A stretch of DNA of 64,000 nt, from the NCBI GenBank assembly GCA_963823035.1, contig CAWGKG010000020.1:288001-352000 (forward strand), in the 5' to 3' direction. The stretch is from an uncultured Gemmatimonadales bacterium. Lineage in GTDB: Bacteria; Gemmatimonadota; Gemmatimonadetes; Longimicrobiales; Gaopeijiaceae. Under the pieces are notes generated by a model. It had not been told where the DNA came from. It saw nothing but the letters and a program-made list of their open reading frames with translations, and made no database searches. This document shows positions 43,233-55,693 of the stretch, in pieces (position 1 is the first letter of the stretch; every line of letters begins with the position of its first letter). A program made the position numbers and the translations under genes.

Positions 43233-44828
43233 ATGACCGCCTCAGGGATCACGCGCCGCAGGTTTCTCCAGGACCTCGGCGTGGGCGCGGCCTCCCTCGC
43301 CGTGTTGCCCGAACTCGCCTCCCCGCGGAAGCCGGCGGGCCCTCCCAATATCCTCTTCATCATGTCCGATGACCACGCCTACCAGGCCATGTCGTGCTAT
43401 GGAGGCAGGATCAACCGGACGCCCAACATCGATCGCCTGGCCCGGGACGGCGTGCGCTTCGACGCGGAGCTTCTGCACCAACTCGCTGTGCGGGCCCAGC
43501 CGGGCGGTTCTTCTCACCGGCAAGTACAGCCACCTCAACGGCGTGAGGGACAACGTCGACGTCTTCGACGGCACCCAGACAGACCTTTCCGAAGCTCCTG
43601 CAGCGCGCGGGCTACGCGACGGCGATCTTCGGCAAGTGGCACCTGAAGAGCGATCCCACGGGCTTCGACTACTGGAGCATCCTCCCCGGCCAGGGAGATT
43701 ACTACAACCCGGACTTCATCGAGATGGGGCGGACGACCCGGCGCGAGGGATACGTCACCGACCTCATCACCGACGACTGCCTGGACTGGATCCGTCGACG
43801 GGACCCGGCCACGGCCCTTCTGCGCCCTGCTCCACCACAAGGCGCCCCACCGGAACTGGATGCCGGACGGCGAAGCACCTCTCGATGTACGAAGGGGAGG
43901 ACATCCCGGTCCCGGACACGTTCGACGACGACTACGCCACCCGGAGCGAGGCGGCGCGGGACCAGATCATGCGCATCGCCGACCGCATCCAGCTGGGCTA
44001 CGACCTGAAGCTCGACCCCGAGACGACGGGCCCACTCCTCGGCGAGCTGCCGCTGGAGCCGCAGTGGAAGGCCATCTTCGGGCGGATGAACGAGGAGCAG
44101 AGGCGCGTCTGGAAGCAGGCGTACGCCGCCCGCAACGAGGAGTTCAGGACGTCCCACCTGGAGGGCGAGGCGCTGACCCGGTGGAAGTACCAGCAGTACA
44201 TCAAGGACTACCTCGCGCTGTATCGCCTCGGTGGACGACAACGTCGGGCGCGTGCTCGACTACCTGGACGAGAGCGGCCTGGCCGAGAACACCGTCGTGG
44301 TCTACACGTCGGACCAGGGCTCCTACCTGGGGGAGCACGGCTGGTTCGACAAGCGCTTCATGTACGAGGAGTCGCTGCGCATGCCCCTCATCGTCCGCTA
44401 CCCGGCGGACGATCACGGCCGCGGGTGGCCGACGAGATGGTCATGAACCTCGACTTCGCCCCGACGTTCCTGGACTACGCGGGCGTTCCCGCTCCCCGCG
44501 GAGATGCAGGGCGCGTCCATGCGGGCGCGTGCTCGCGGGGCGAGACGCCGGACGGCTGGCGCAGGTCGATCTACTACCACTACTACGAGTTCCCCGGCAG
44601 TCCCGAGCATCAAGCGCCACTACGGGATCCGTACCGAGCGCTACAAGCTCATCCACTTCTACTTCGACATCGACGCCTGGGAGCTGTACGACCTGGAGAG
44701 CGACCCCCACGAGCTGCAGAACGTCTACGACGACCCGCGCTACGGCGCCCTGGTGGTGGAGCTGAAGGCGGAGCTGGAGGCGCTGCGTAGGCGCTACGCG
44801 GGATACGGAGCCGGACGGGCCGTCGTGA
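43233..44828 (+). CDS. Tat-exported Cys-type sulfatase; frameshifted
   Basis: [70 protein letters not shown]. Confidence 0.92.
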
Positions 44829-46420
44829 CCCTACCGAGCGCCGTGCACCGCCTTCGCGCAACGTGGTCGCGCTCGCCGCCACGCTGCTGGCCTGGGTCGC
44901 CCCCGGGCCCGCTGTTGCGCAGGGGTTCCAGGTGGTGGAGGCGACCGTTGCGGAGGCCCACGAGGCGATGCGCGCGGGGACGCTCACGTGCCGTGCGCTC
45001 GTGCAGGCGTACCTCGACCGGATCGCCGCGTACGACCAGGTCGGCCCGAGGCTCAACGCGGTGCAGACCGTCGACCCGCGCGCCCTGATCGAGGCCGACT
45101 CCCTCGACGCCGTCCTGCGCGCCCACGGGCCGCTGGGGCCGCTCCACTGCGTGCCGGTGCTGCTCAAGGACCAGGTCGAGACCCGGGGCATGCCGACGAC
45201 GTACGGGTCCGCGCTCTTCGAGGGCTTCATGTCCGAGCGCGACGCGACGATCGTCGTCCGGCTGAGGCGGGCGGGCGCGATCATCCTCGCCAAGACGAAC
45301 ATGGGCGAGTTCGCTTCCCGCTACGTGGGTTCGGCCTACGGGATCATCCGCAATCCCTACGACCCGAACAGGAATCCCGAGCGGCTCGTCCGGCGGCACG
45401 GCCGCCGGGATCGCGGCGAGCTTCGGCCTGGTGGGCATCGGCGAGGACACCAGCGGCTCCGTCCGCGGTCCGGCGGCCGTGACGAGCCTGGTGGGCCTCC
45501 GCCCCACGCTCTACCTGGTGAGCACCTGGGGGATGATGCCGGCCAATCCCACGCAGGACACGATGGGACCCATCACGAGGACGGTGACCGACGCGGCCGC
45601 CCTCCTCGACGCCATCGTCGGGTACGACCCGAACCAGCCCGCTACGGCTTCCTCGGTGGGCCACATCCCCGAGACGTACACGAGCGCGCTCGATGCAGGT
45701 AGCCTGCGCGGCGCGCGCATCGGGGTGCTACGCGAGCCCATGGATCCGGGGGCCGATCCGTCGTCCGACGACTATCGGAAGGTGCGGGCGGTCTTCGACC
45801 AGGCCATCCGTGACCTCCAGGACGCGGGCGCCGAGCTCGTGGACCCGCTGGTCGTTCCCGAGGTCCGGCTCGTGGACGGGATCGGCAACGACTTCGAGAC
45901 CGAAGAGGCGACGGACGCGTACCTCGCGCAGCTCGTGGACCCTCCGTACACGACGCTGGGTGACATCCTCCTCGCCGGCGTGGTGAACCCGTGGCGCGCC
46001 CGGGGGCTCATGGCCACCGTGGGACGGAGCACCGACGACCCGGGTTACCTCACGGTGATGCGGAAACGCGAGCAGATCCGGCAGGCGGTGCTCGCGGCGA
46101 TGGCGGAGCACCGGCTCGACGCCGTCGTCTACGCCACCTTCGATCATCAGCCGACGCTCATCGCCCCCGACGTGCTGTCCAACCCCCGTCCGGACGACGG
46201 CTACGGGTGGGGGGACAACCGCGGTCTCAGCCCCGCCATCGGCTTCCCGGCGCTCACGGTGCCCGCGGGGTTCACCTCCGACCGTTTGCCGGTGGGGCTC
46301 GAGTTCCTGGGTCGCCCCTTCAGCGAGGGGACGCTGCTGGGGTTCGGATACGCCTACGAGCAGGCCACGCGGCGTCGGCGGCCGCCGGAGGCGACACCCG
46401 CGCTACCCGGAGCGGGCTAG
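44825..46420 (+). CDS. amidase signature family protein, secreted; frameshifted
   Basis: GPLHCVPVLLKD, ILAKTNMGEFA, GSSGGTAAG (across the shift), GEDTSGSVRGPA, LPVGLEFLGRPFSE. Confidence 0.9.
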
Positions 46421-48706
46421 CCCAGCGCCCGCTTCACGAACGAGCGCACATGGCCCTCGTAGCGCTTCACCACCAGGACGTCCGCGGGTGAGTAGCGCGC
46501 CACCTTCTCCGGGATCTCACCGAACATGACCTGGCTGAGGAAGGGCTCGCGCGCGGCGCCGAGCACCACCAGGTCGTAGTCGCGGCTCTCCAGGGCGATG
46601 CCGCCGGCGACGGACTTCGCTTCGATCAGCTTCCTCTCCACCGGCACGTGGACGCCGAGGGCCTCCAGCGTCTTCCCGATCCACCGGTCGGCCTCTCTCC
46701 GCGCTTCGTCCGTGGCGTCGGGGGGCACGACGTAACACGCCGTCACGGACATGCCGAAGGCGGGCGCGAGCGTGTTGAGCATCTCGGCCGCCAGGCGGGC
46801 GTGGGGGCCGCCCGCCGTCGGGAAGAGGCACCGTTTCGGTCGCGTCGCCCGCGCGATCTTGAGCAGCGCCAGGTCGCAGGGAGCGTGTCGGATGACCTGG
46901 TCGGCGACCTCGCCGAAGATCTTGTCGCGCGTGTCCGTGTAGCCCTTCCACCCCATGACCATGAAGTCGGCGCCGTAGCGGCGCGCTCCCGCGAGAATCC
47001 CGTCGGAGGCGTGGTGCGCGACCACCAGGTCGGTCTGCAGGTCGATGCGGCGCTTCGCGGCGTACTCCCTCGCGGTCTTGAGCAGCGCCTCGCGATGGTG
47101 GGAGAAGCGGAGTCCCTCGTGGATCGGCAGCTGCCTGGGCACCTCGACCACGGAGAACGCCACGAGCTTCTTGTCCCGGCCTCTGGCGATGGCGCCGCGT
47201 ATTCGAGGAGGATGCCCGCAGTGTCCGGGTTGTGCAGGGTCACCACGACCGTGTCCAGAACCGGCAGCGCCCCGCGCACCGGTGCCTCGAGGACCTGGGG
47301 CAGCTCGGCGGCGGCCTGTTTCTCGAAGTAGCCGTAGTAGAGCAGGAGTCCGACGATGATCCACCCGATGGTGACGTACCAGGCGAGCGGCTGGAAGGTG
47401 AACTGATAGAGCGCCAGGAAGACGTTCAGGACGATGCCGAGGATCGGCACGAAGGGATAGAACGGGACGTGGTAGCGGCGAGGAAGCTCGGGCGCTTTCC
47501 GGCGCAGCACGATGACCGAGAGGTTCACCATGGCGAAGGTGATCAGGAAGATCAGGCTCGCCGCGGATCCCACGGCCTCGATGGGGAGCGTGACCGCCAT
47601 CGCCAGCAGGATGCCGCCCGTCGCGAGGATCGCGACGTGCGGGGTGCGCCGCTCCGGGTGGATGGTGGCCACCGACCTCGGGAGCCAGCGGTCGCGTCCC
47701 ATGGAGAAGGCCACGCGTGACGACGCCATGATGGTCGCGTTCAGCGCGGACATCGTCGACAGGAGGCCGCCGAACACGATGATGGCGACGCCGAACGCGG
47801 GCATGAAGCCCTCCGCGGCCCTCACGATCGCGGTCTCGCCGTAGTCTCCCGAGAAAGCGCCAGGAAGGCTCGCCTCCCGGTGGGATGCACGGCCGCCAGG
47901 GAGACGAACAGGATCGACAGGTACATCGTGAGGGTGATGCCGAGCGCGATGAACGTCGCCCGGGGGATGGTCTTCTCGGGCTCCTTGATCTCCTCGGCGA
48001 CCGTCGCGATGAGGTCGTATCCCTCGAACGCGATGAACGTCAGCCCCATGGCGACGATCACGCCGCCCACTCCTTTGGGGAAGAACGGGTTGAACGCGTC
48101 TCCGACGGGCACCGGGTCGGTGCCCACCGCCTTGATGCCGTAGGCGATGAAGATCGCCAGCACGCCGAGCTTGGCGACGGTGAGCACGTTCTCCGCCTTC
48201 CCCGTGACCTCGGCTCCGCGGACGTTCAGGCGGATGAACAGGCCGCCGACCACGAGCGTCACGAGCAGGCTCGCGCCGTGCGCGCCGACGAGGCCGAACA
48301 CCCCCTCCGCGACGCCCGGCAGGTACTTCAGGAAGAACTCCCAGAAGTAGCCCGCGAACCCGAGCGCGTACAGGCTGCACGCCACCGTGTACGCGAACCA
48401 GAGCATCCAGCCGGCCGTGAAGCCGACCGCGCCCGGGAAGGCCTTGCGTACGAACGCGTAGCCTCCGCCGGCCTCCGGAATCGCGGCCGCGAGCTCGGCG
48501 TACGCGAACGCCGTGAGGAGCGTCACCGCGCCGTTCAGCGCGAAGGCGAGGATGGATGCGGGTCCGGATTCCCCGGCGGCGATGCCGGTGAGCACGAAGA
48601 TGCCGGCGCCGATCATGGCGCCGACACCGATCATCGTGGCGTCGAAGAGCCCGAGATCGCGGGCGAACGTGGGTTCGCCCTGAGGGGAATCGGTTGAGGA
48701 ACTCAC
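46417..48706 (-). CDS. APC amino-acid permease fused to universal stress protein domains; frameshifted
   Basis: LGLFDATMIGVGAMIGAGIF, YAELAAAIPEAGGGY, FIAFEGYD..AEEIK. C-terminal USP motifs: VMGW..FG..V..APCD and PTAGGPHA. Confidence 0.9.
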
Positions 48707-48847
48707 GGCCGTGAGGATGGAGGGAGGGGGAGGGCGGGGCAACCGGCGCCGTGGCAGAATGCGACTCCGTTCGCTAGTCTCCAGGTCGGGTGGAGGATAC
48801 CTGGCCTCGTCCTTCTTCGTGTCCCTGTTCGGCGGAGACCGACGACG

Positions 48848-50053
48848 ATGGCTCAGCGCTGGTGGCGGGGGCTTTCCCTCCTGGGGGCCTCGGTTTTCGT
48901 CGTGTCCTGTTCACCCTCCGGTTCCTCTCCAGACGTGGACACCCTGTCCGCCACGGAGCTCGGCGGCCCCCTTCCCGGGCTCGACGCCCCGGAGCTGGCG
49001 CGCTTCGAGGCCGGCAAGGCCGTGTTCAGTCGGGTCTTCCTGCAGGAAGACGGGCTCGGTCCGGTCTACAACGAGAATTCGTGCAACGCATGCCACAGCT
49101 CTCCCGGGACGGGGGGCTCCGGGGGCGAGGAGTATGATATCCACGCCGCCTTCCAGGCCGACGACGGCAGCTGCGACCTGCTGGATGCCCACGGTGGAGG
49201 CAACGTGCGGACGCAGGTCACCCCGTGGGCGCGGGCGGCGGGGGTCGTTCCCGAGCGTACGCCCTCCGAGGCGAACCAACGAGGGCTCTTCACGGCGCCT
49301 CCGCTGTGGGGACGGGGGCTGGTGGAGGCCGTGTCGGACGAGACCCTCCTGTCCACGGAGGATCCCGACGACCTGAATGGGGACGGGATCTCGGGCAGGG
49401 TGGGCCGGGACGCGTCGGGGCGGATCGGCCGCTTCCGCCGGAAAGCGGACGTGGCGGACCTGGCCGACATCGCGGAGGGAGGGGTGCTGGTGGAGATGGG
49501 CCTGACCACCCCCGACCACCCCACCGAGCTGGTCTTCAGCGTGGAGGCGGTCCCCGAGGGCGCCGACCCCGTCGCCGACCCCGAGATCGACCAGGCCGCC
49601 ATCGACGCCATCGCCGATTTCATCCGCTTCCTGGCGCCGCCCGCCCGGAACATGCCGGCGACCGACGCGGAGAAGACCCAGGTAGCCGAGGGAGAACGCC
49701 GCTTCCACGAGGTGGGGTGCGCCACCTGCCACGTTCCGACCCTGCCGACGGGACCCAGCGCGGTGAAGGCTCTCGACCGGAAGCAGGCGCCCCTCTACTC
49801 GGACCTGCTCCTCCACGACATGGGGGGGCAGGGCGCGAACCTGTGCTCGCCCGCGGCGTCGCCGACCGAGTTCCGGACCGAGATCCTCCTCGGGGTGGCA
49901 CTGCGTGCCCGATACATGCACGACGGAACCGCGCCCACGGTGTGGGAGGCCATCGCCATGCACGGAGGGGAGGGCGCCATCAGCCGGGACGCCTTCGACG
50001 CTCTCCCCGAGCTGATGCGGCACGCGGTGGTGGCGTTCGTGCTCACGTTGTGA
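48848..50053 (+). CDS. di-heme oxidoreductase (DHOR) family lipoprotein
   Basis: DGLGPVYNENSCNACH, DPDDLNGDGISGR, GCATCH, YSDLLLHDMG, YMHDG..AI.MHGGE. Confidence 0.9.
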   Translation: MAQRWWRGLSLLGASVFVVSCSPSGSSPDVDTLSATELGGPLPGLDAPELARFEAGKAVFSRVFLQEDGLGPVYNENSCNACHSSPGTGGSGGEEYDIHAAFQADDGSCDLLDAHGGGNVRTQVTPWARAAGVVPERTPSEANQRGLFTAPPLWGRGLVEAVSDETLLSTEDPDDLNGDGISGRVGRDASGRIGRFRRKADVADLADIAEGGVLVEMGLTTPDHPTELVFSVEAVPEGADPVADPEIDQAAIDAIADFIRFLAPPARNMPATDAEKTQVAEGERRFHEVGCATCHVPTLPTGPSAVKALDRKQAPLYSDLLLHDMGGQGANLCSPAASPTEFRTEILLGVALRARYMHDGTAPTVWEAIAMHGGEGAISRDAFDALPELMRHAVVAFVLTL

Positions 50054-50092
50054 GGAGTGGCGCGCGGGGCCCCTGGCCCACGCCTCGCACCA

Positions 50093-50510
50093 TCAAGGAC
50101 GGGAGGTGGCGCCCCCCTTCCCGATCCTCTCTTCCAGAAGCTCGTACGCGATCGGCATGAAGTCCCGCTCGCTGATGATGCCCACCCGCTTCCCCTTCTT
50201 GACGACGGGCAAGCACGACACCCCGTGACCCCACGAGACGATGTCCGTCGTCTTCCACCAGGACCTGCCTGATGTTGTTCCGGTCCATGAGGAACGCCAC
50301 CATGTTCACGAGCTCGTCCTCGTGGACGGTGAACAACGAGGTGGTCATGTACTGCTCGACCCGCAGGAAGTTGAGCCGCCATCCCCCGGCCTCGTGGATA
50401 TCCGCCAGAGTCCACGTATGGGCAGGGGCACCGTCCTTCTGGCGGCGAACCAACGCCGCCGTCACGGCCGCCAGACGCTCCGCCAGGGACCCCGTGTCCT
50501 TTACGTCCAA
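50093..50510 (-). pseudogene. remnant CBS-domain fragment
   Basis: RVEQYMTTSLFTVHEDELVNMVAFLMD.., then an abrupt jump to SCLPVVKKGKRVGIISERDF. No clear start or RBS, and the middle of the CBS pair appears missing. Confidence 0.55.
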
Positions 50511-50544
50511 GGCCCCCCGCCGCGCGGTGGCTACTCCGGTCCGC

Positions 50545-52984
50545 CTACTGCGGCCTCATGGCCGAGACCGGATCGGCCCGGGTGGCGGAGCGGGCCGGCA
50601 CGAAGCACGCCAGCAGCCCCACCACGCCCAGCGTTCCCAGGATGAACAGGTAGAGGAACGGGTCGGAGAGGCTCACGCCGTAGGTGACGAAGCTCAACGG
50701 CTTGGCGAGGCCGTAGCCGAGGAGCAACCCCAGCGCCATGCCGATCCCCAGTTGCACGGTTCCCTCGTTGAGGACCATGCGCAGGATCCGGGTCGGCGCG
50801 GCGCCCAGAGCCATGCGGACCCCCATCTCCTGGCGCCGCTGCGCCACCGAGAACGCCATGACACCGTACAGTCCCACCGAGGCCATGAAGAGCGCGGCGA
50901 GGCCGAAGATGGTGAACAGGGACCCGAAGAGGCCGAAGGCCCACGTGGCTCTCTGGATGGCGGCCGGCATCGCCTGCAGGTCCGACACGGGGAGGTTCGG
51001 GTCCAACTCGGTGACGATGGCGCGCACTCGCGGCGCCAGCGCCTCCGGCGCGCCGGAGGTGCGCAAGGCCACCGCCACGGACGACACCCCGACGGACGCC
51101 GGCGTCACGTAGAGGTACTGCGCCGGGCGTCGATCGTCGCCGAGCCCGCCCACCCCACCCCCGACGTGCACGTCCGGCACCACGCCCACGATGCGCATCC
51201 ACGGATCCGAGCTCTCGGTCCGGCCGAGCTGAACGCGCGCCCCGATGGGGTCGCGGTCTCCCAGGATGCGGCGGGCGAAGCTCTCGTTCACGATGGCCAC
51301 GGGTTCGGCCGACTCCCACACCTCGCCCGCATCGAAGTCCCGACCCCGTCAGCAGGGCCATGCCCATGGTCTGGAAGAAGCCACGGGTGACGACGCTCCC
51401 GTTGGTGAGCGGGATGTCCCGATCCGTGGCGTAGGTCTCCCCATCCGCCCTCACCCACCATTGGGACCCGCCCAACGCGGGCAGCGAGGTGGCCAGCGTC
51501 ACGCTGGCCACGCCGGGCTCGGCTTCCAGCCGGTTCTGGAGCGCTTCGAAGAAGGCGCGTCGATCCTGTGCCGTCGGGTAGTCCGCCTGTTGGAGCGCCA
51601 CGTACCCGGTGAGGACGTGCTCGGGCTCGAAGCCCATCTCCGTGTGCTTCAGGTTCACGATGCTCCGGATCATGAGGCCGGCCGCGATGAGCAGGCCGCA
51701 GGAAACGGCGATCTCGCTCACCACCAGCGCCGAGGTCAGACGTCCCAGGCGCCGGGACGACGAGCCCCGGGCCTCGTCCCGCAGGGCATCGCCGACGCCC
51801 AGGCCCGAGGCCCGCAGCGCCGGCACGGTACCGGCGGCCAGGGCAGCCACGCAGGTCACCCCCAGCGCGAAGAGGAGCGCCGGCAAGTCCATGCGGTTGT
51901 CGATCCAGTAGGGCTTCTGGATGTCCAGGATGGCCGCGTTGAAGGCATCGAGGCCCACGTACGCCAGCACCACGCCCAGGACGCCGCCGACGGCCGCGAG
52001 GACCAGCGCTTCCGCCATGAGCTGTCGGATGATCCGGGACCGGCCGGCCCCCAACGCCGTGCGGATGGCCACCTCGCGACCTCGGGCGGACGCACGGGCC
52101 AGGAGGAGGTTGGCGACGTTCGCACACGCGATGAGCAGGACGCCGAAGGTGGCGGCCAGCATCAGGAACATCACCGCCGTGATCTGGGGCGGCATGTACC
52201 GCTCCGCGAACGGAGCGGCCCAGAGGCGCACGCCCTGGTTGTCTTCGGGGAAGATGGCCTCGATGTCCCGCGAGACCTGGTCCAGGGACGCGTCCACCGC
52301 TTCTTCCGAGATCCCCTCGAGCCGACGTCCGAACACCTCGACGTGTGCGCTCCGACGTGCCGTCGTCGCGGGATCGAAGTGGTAGGGCATCCACGCCGCT
52401 TGATCGAAGGGGAAACGAAAGCCCTCGGGCATCACACCGACCACTTCCGCGGTCTCGCCGTCGACGCGGATCGTGCGTCCCACCACCCCGGGATCGCCGT
52501 CGAATCGGTTCTGCCAGAGGGAGTACGACAGCACGATGCGGGGTGGCGCGTCGGGTGCGTCCTCGCCGGGTCGGAACACCCGGCCCAGGAGCGGGGGCAC
52601 GCCCACCACGGTGAGTGCGTTGGCCGATACCGCGGCTGCCTGCACGCGCTCCGGGGGCGCTTCGTCGCCCGCGAGGTTGAGGGACGTCCAGTTGTAGGCG
52701 GCCAGCTCCTCGAAGACCGTCTGGCGCTCCTTCAGGTCCAGATAGTCGTGGAGCGGGGTGCTGTTCTGCTCGATGCCCAGGCGATCGATCCGTTCGTCGA
52801 CGAACATGAGCCGGTCCGCGTGGGGCACGGGCAGCCCCCTGAGCACGGTCCCGTCCAGCGAGCTGTAGGTGTGGGTCGTCAACCCCACACCCAGGGCGAT
52901 GGTGAGGATCGCGATCAGAGACAGCCCCGGCGTCTTGAGCAGCATGCGGAAGCCGAAGCGCAGATCGGCCATCCATGTTGCCAT
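50545..52984 (-). CDS. ADOP-type (duplicated MacB/FtsX) ABC permease; frameshift near 51340
   Basis: DLRFGFRML.K.PG, LLIACANVANLLLARA..RE.AIR.ALGAGR, GLYGVMAFSV.QR.QEMGVRMALGA, ADPVSAMR. Confidence 0.92.
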
Positions 52985-53060
52985 CGGGTCTTCTCCCCTG
53001 TCCGCCCCACGGACTGGCTCGAGATCTTACTCGGCGGACTACGCGGACTACGTAGAAAGA

Positions 53061-53087
53061 GACGAATGGGGCGGGGTGGCGGTTTCA
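53061..53087 (-). promoter_or_regulatory. ECF sigma promoter TGAAAC-N17-CGTC
   Basis: Minus-strand reading TGAAAC cgccaccccgccccatt CGTC upstream of the second permease. Confidence 0.65.
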
Positions 53088-53159
53088 GGCGGGGCCCTGG
53101 GCGCCAGGCGTGGCGCCTCGCCGTTGTCGCCCCCTCCCGCAGCGCCCTATCCTCCCCGC

Positions 53160-55681
53160 ATGAGCCCCTCCCGCGACGAACGCCTGGCGAAGTACCGCGA
53201 GAAGCGCCGCGCCGGCCGTACCCCCGAGCCGTTCGGCGGCGAGGTGGTGGTGGGCGGCAGCTCCTTCGTGGTGCAGAAGCACCACGCCCGCGCCTTGCAC
53301 TGGGACCTGCGCCTCGAGCTGGACGGCGTGCTCCTGTCGTGGGCCGTGCCCAAGGGGCCCTCCCCGAACCAGGCCGACAAGCGCCTGGCGATGCAGACGG
53401 AGGACCACCCGCTCGAGTACGCGGAGTTCGAGGGCGTCATCCCCGAGGGCGAGTACGGCGCCGGCTCGATGATCGTGTGGGACCGGGGAACGTGGAGCCC
53501 GGTCGAGGACCCGCGCGCGGGCCTGGAGAAGGGGAAGCTCCTCTTCGACCTGCACGGCCACAAGCTGCTGGGCCGGTGGACGTTGGTGAAGACGAAGCAG
53601 GCGCCGAACTCCTGGCTCCTGATCAAGGAGCGCGACGGCTTCATGGACGCGGAGGGCGGCACCGAGTCGTACCCGGACGACTCGATCTACTCCGGGCTCA
53701 CCGTGGACGAGTTCCCCCATGCGGACGAGCACGCCGAGCGCCTGGCCGAGCGCGCGGCCGCGCTGGGTGCGAAGAGGCGGACGCTCCGCGCCGACGACGT
53801 GGACCTGATGCTCGCGACCAGCCAGGAGGAGCCGTTCACGCGCGAGGGGTGGATCTTCGAGCTGAAGTACGACGGCTACCGGCTCCTGGCCGAGCGGAAG
53901 GGGCGCGAGCCCTACCTGCGCTCGCGGGCGGGCCACGACCTCACGCTCACCTTCCCCGAGATCGCACGCGCCGTGCACGGCCTCCCGCTGGAGGGGCTGG
54001 TGCTGGACGGGGAGGTGGTGGTGCACGACGCGGACGGGCTGCCCTCCTTCTCACGGCTGCAGCGGCGCGGCCGGATTCTCAACCGGATGGACGCGCTGCG
54101 CGCGAGCGTGGAGTTGCCGGCCATCTACTATGCCTTCGACCTGCTGGCGCTGGAGGGCTTCGACCTGCGCGGCGTGCCCCTCCTCGAGCGGAAGGCCTTG
54201 CTGCGCGAGCTCCTGCCGAGCGTCGGACCCATCCGCTACTCCGACCACATCGCCGAGCAGGGGGAGGCGATGTTCGAGCAGGTCACGCAGATGCGCCTCG
54301 AGGGGATCGTCGGGAAGAAGGCGGACTCGGCGTACTCGGGCGGCCGATCGCCGCACTGGATCAAGGTGCGCACCGTGCGCGTCGAGGACTTCGTGGTGGT
54401 CGGATGGACGAAGCCCAAGGGGTCGCGCTCGGGCTTCGGCTCCCTGCACATCGCGCAATACGACGGCGACGACCTCCTCTACCTCGGGAGTGTGGGGTCC
54501 GGCTTCACGGAGGCCGACCTCGCGGATACCATGCCGAAGCTGGAAGCGCTCGAGATCGACGCGTGTGCGTGCACGGCCGGGCCGGTGCCGAAAGGGAAGG
54601 GCAACCACTGGGTCGCGCCCCGCCTCGTGGTCGAGGTGAAGTACAAGGAGCTGACGGACCAGGGGCTGGCCCGGCAGCCGTCGTTCTCGCGCTTCCGCGA
54701 GGACAAGCCGCCCGAGGAGTGCGTCGTGGAGGGCGCCGCGGCACCGGAGGCGGAGCCGGAGACCACCCGTCCGGGCGCGCGCGGAGCCCGAGCGCACGGT
54801 GGCCTACTCGAACCTCGACAAGGTGTTCTGGCCGGAGGAGGGCTACACCAAGGGCGACCTCATCGAGTACCACCGTGCGGTCGCCGAGTGGATGCTCCCC
54901 TACCTCGAGGACCGGCCGCTCGTGATGACGCGCTACCCGGACGGCATCCACGGAAAGTCGTTCTTCCAGAAGGACGCGCCGCCCTACGCGCCCGAGTGGA
55001 TCCGGCGGGTGACGCTGTGGAGCGAGGGCTCGGAGCGCGAGCTGTCGTACTTCGTGGCCGACGACCTCGAGTCGCTGCTGTACGTGATCAACCTGGGCAC
55101 GATCCCGCTGCACATCTGGTCGAGCAGGGTGTCGTCGCTCGCGAACCCGGACTGGTGCATCCTGGACCTGGATCCGAAGGAGGCGCCCTTCGCGCACGTC
55201 GTGGATCTCGCGCGCACGCTGCACGACGTCTGCGAGGAGATCGGGCTGCCCTCCTTCGCCAAGACGAGCGGCTCCTCGGGGATCCACGTGCTGGTGCCGC
55301 TCGGGGGCAAGCTCACGTACGAGCAGTCGCGCACGCTCGGCCAGCTCCTCGGGCGGGTGGCCGTGGCCGAGCGCACCGGGATCGCCACGCTCACGCGCAA
55401 CCCCGCGAAGCGCGAGGGAAAGGTCTATGTGGACTTCGTGCAGAACGGGCACGGGAGGCTGCTGGCCGCGCCCTTCACCGTGCGGCCCCTCCCCGGCGCC
55501 ACGGTCTCCGCGCCCCTCGCGTGGTCGGAGGTCACGAAGACGGCTGAAGATCTCGAACCACACGATCGCCACGGTACCGAAGCGCATGAAGCGTCTGGGC
55601 GAGGACCCGCTCAGGACGGTGATGGAGCTCGAGCCCGACCTCCTGGGCGCGCTCTCACGGTTGGCCCACTGGTTCGACTGA
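53160..55681 (+). CDS. ligD: NHEJ DNA ligase D (phosphoesterase-ligase-polymerase); frameshifts near 54780 and 55545
   Basis: FVVQKH.A..LHWDLRLE..SWAVPKGP, ELKYDGYR, EGIVGK, YSNLDKVFWPE.GYTKGDL, RYPDGI, LDLDP, KTSGSSGIH. Confidence 0.95.
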
Positions 55682-55693
55682 GGGCGATCGCCG

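Noticed and set aside
53034..53051. GCGGACTAC tandem duplication
   Set aside because: Only two copies, with no supporting context.
51245..54925. 1226-aa plus-strand ORF and similar long ORFs (36381-38873, the 5' parts of 28511-31099, 57684-61019 and 58622-61981)
   Set aside because: Antisense or off-frame shadows of real genes. They are Arg/Gly/Pro-rich with no motifs, as expected at this GC content.
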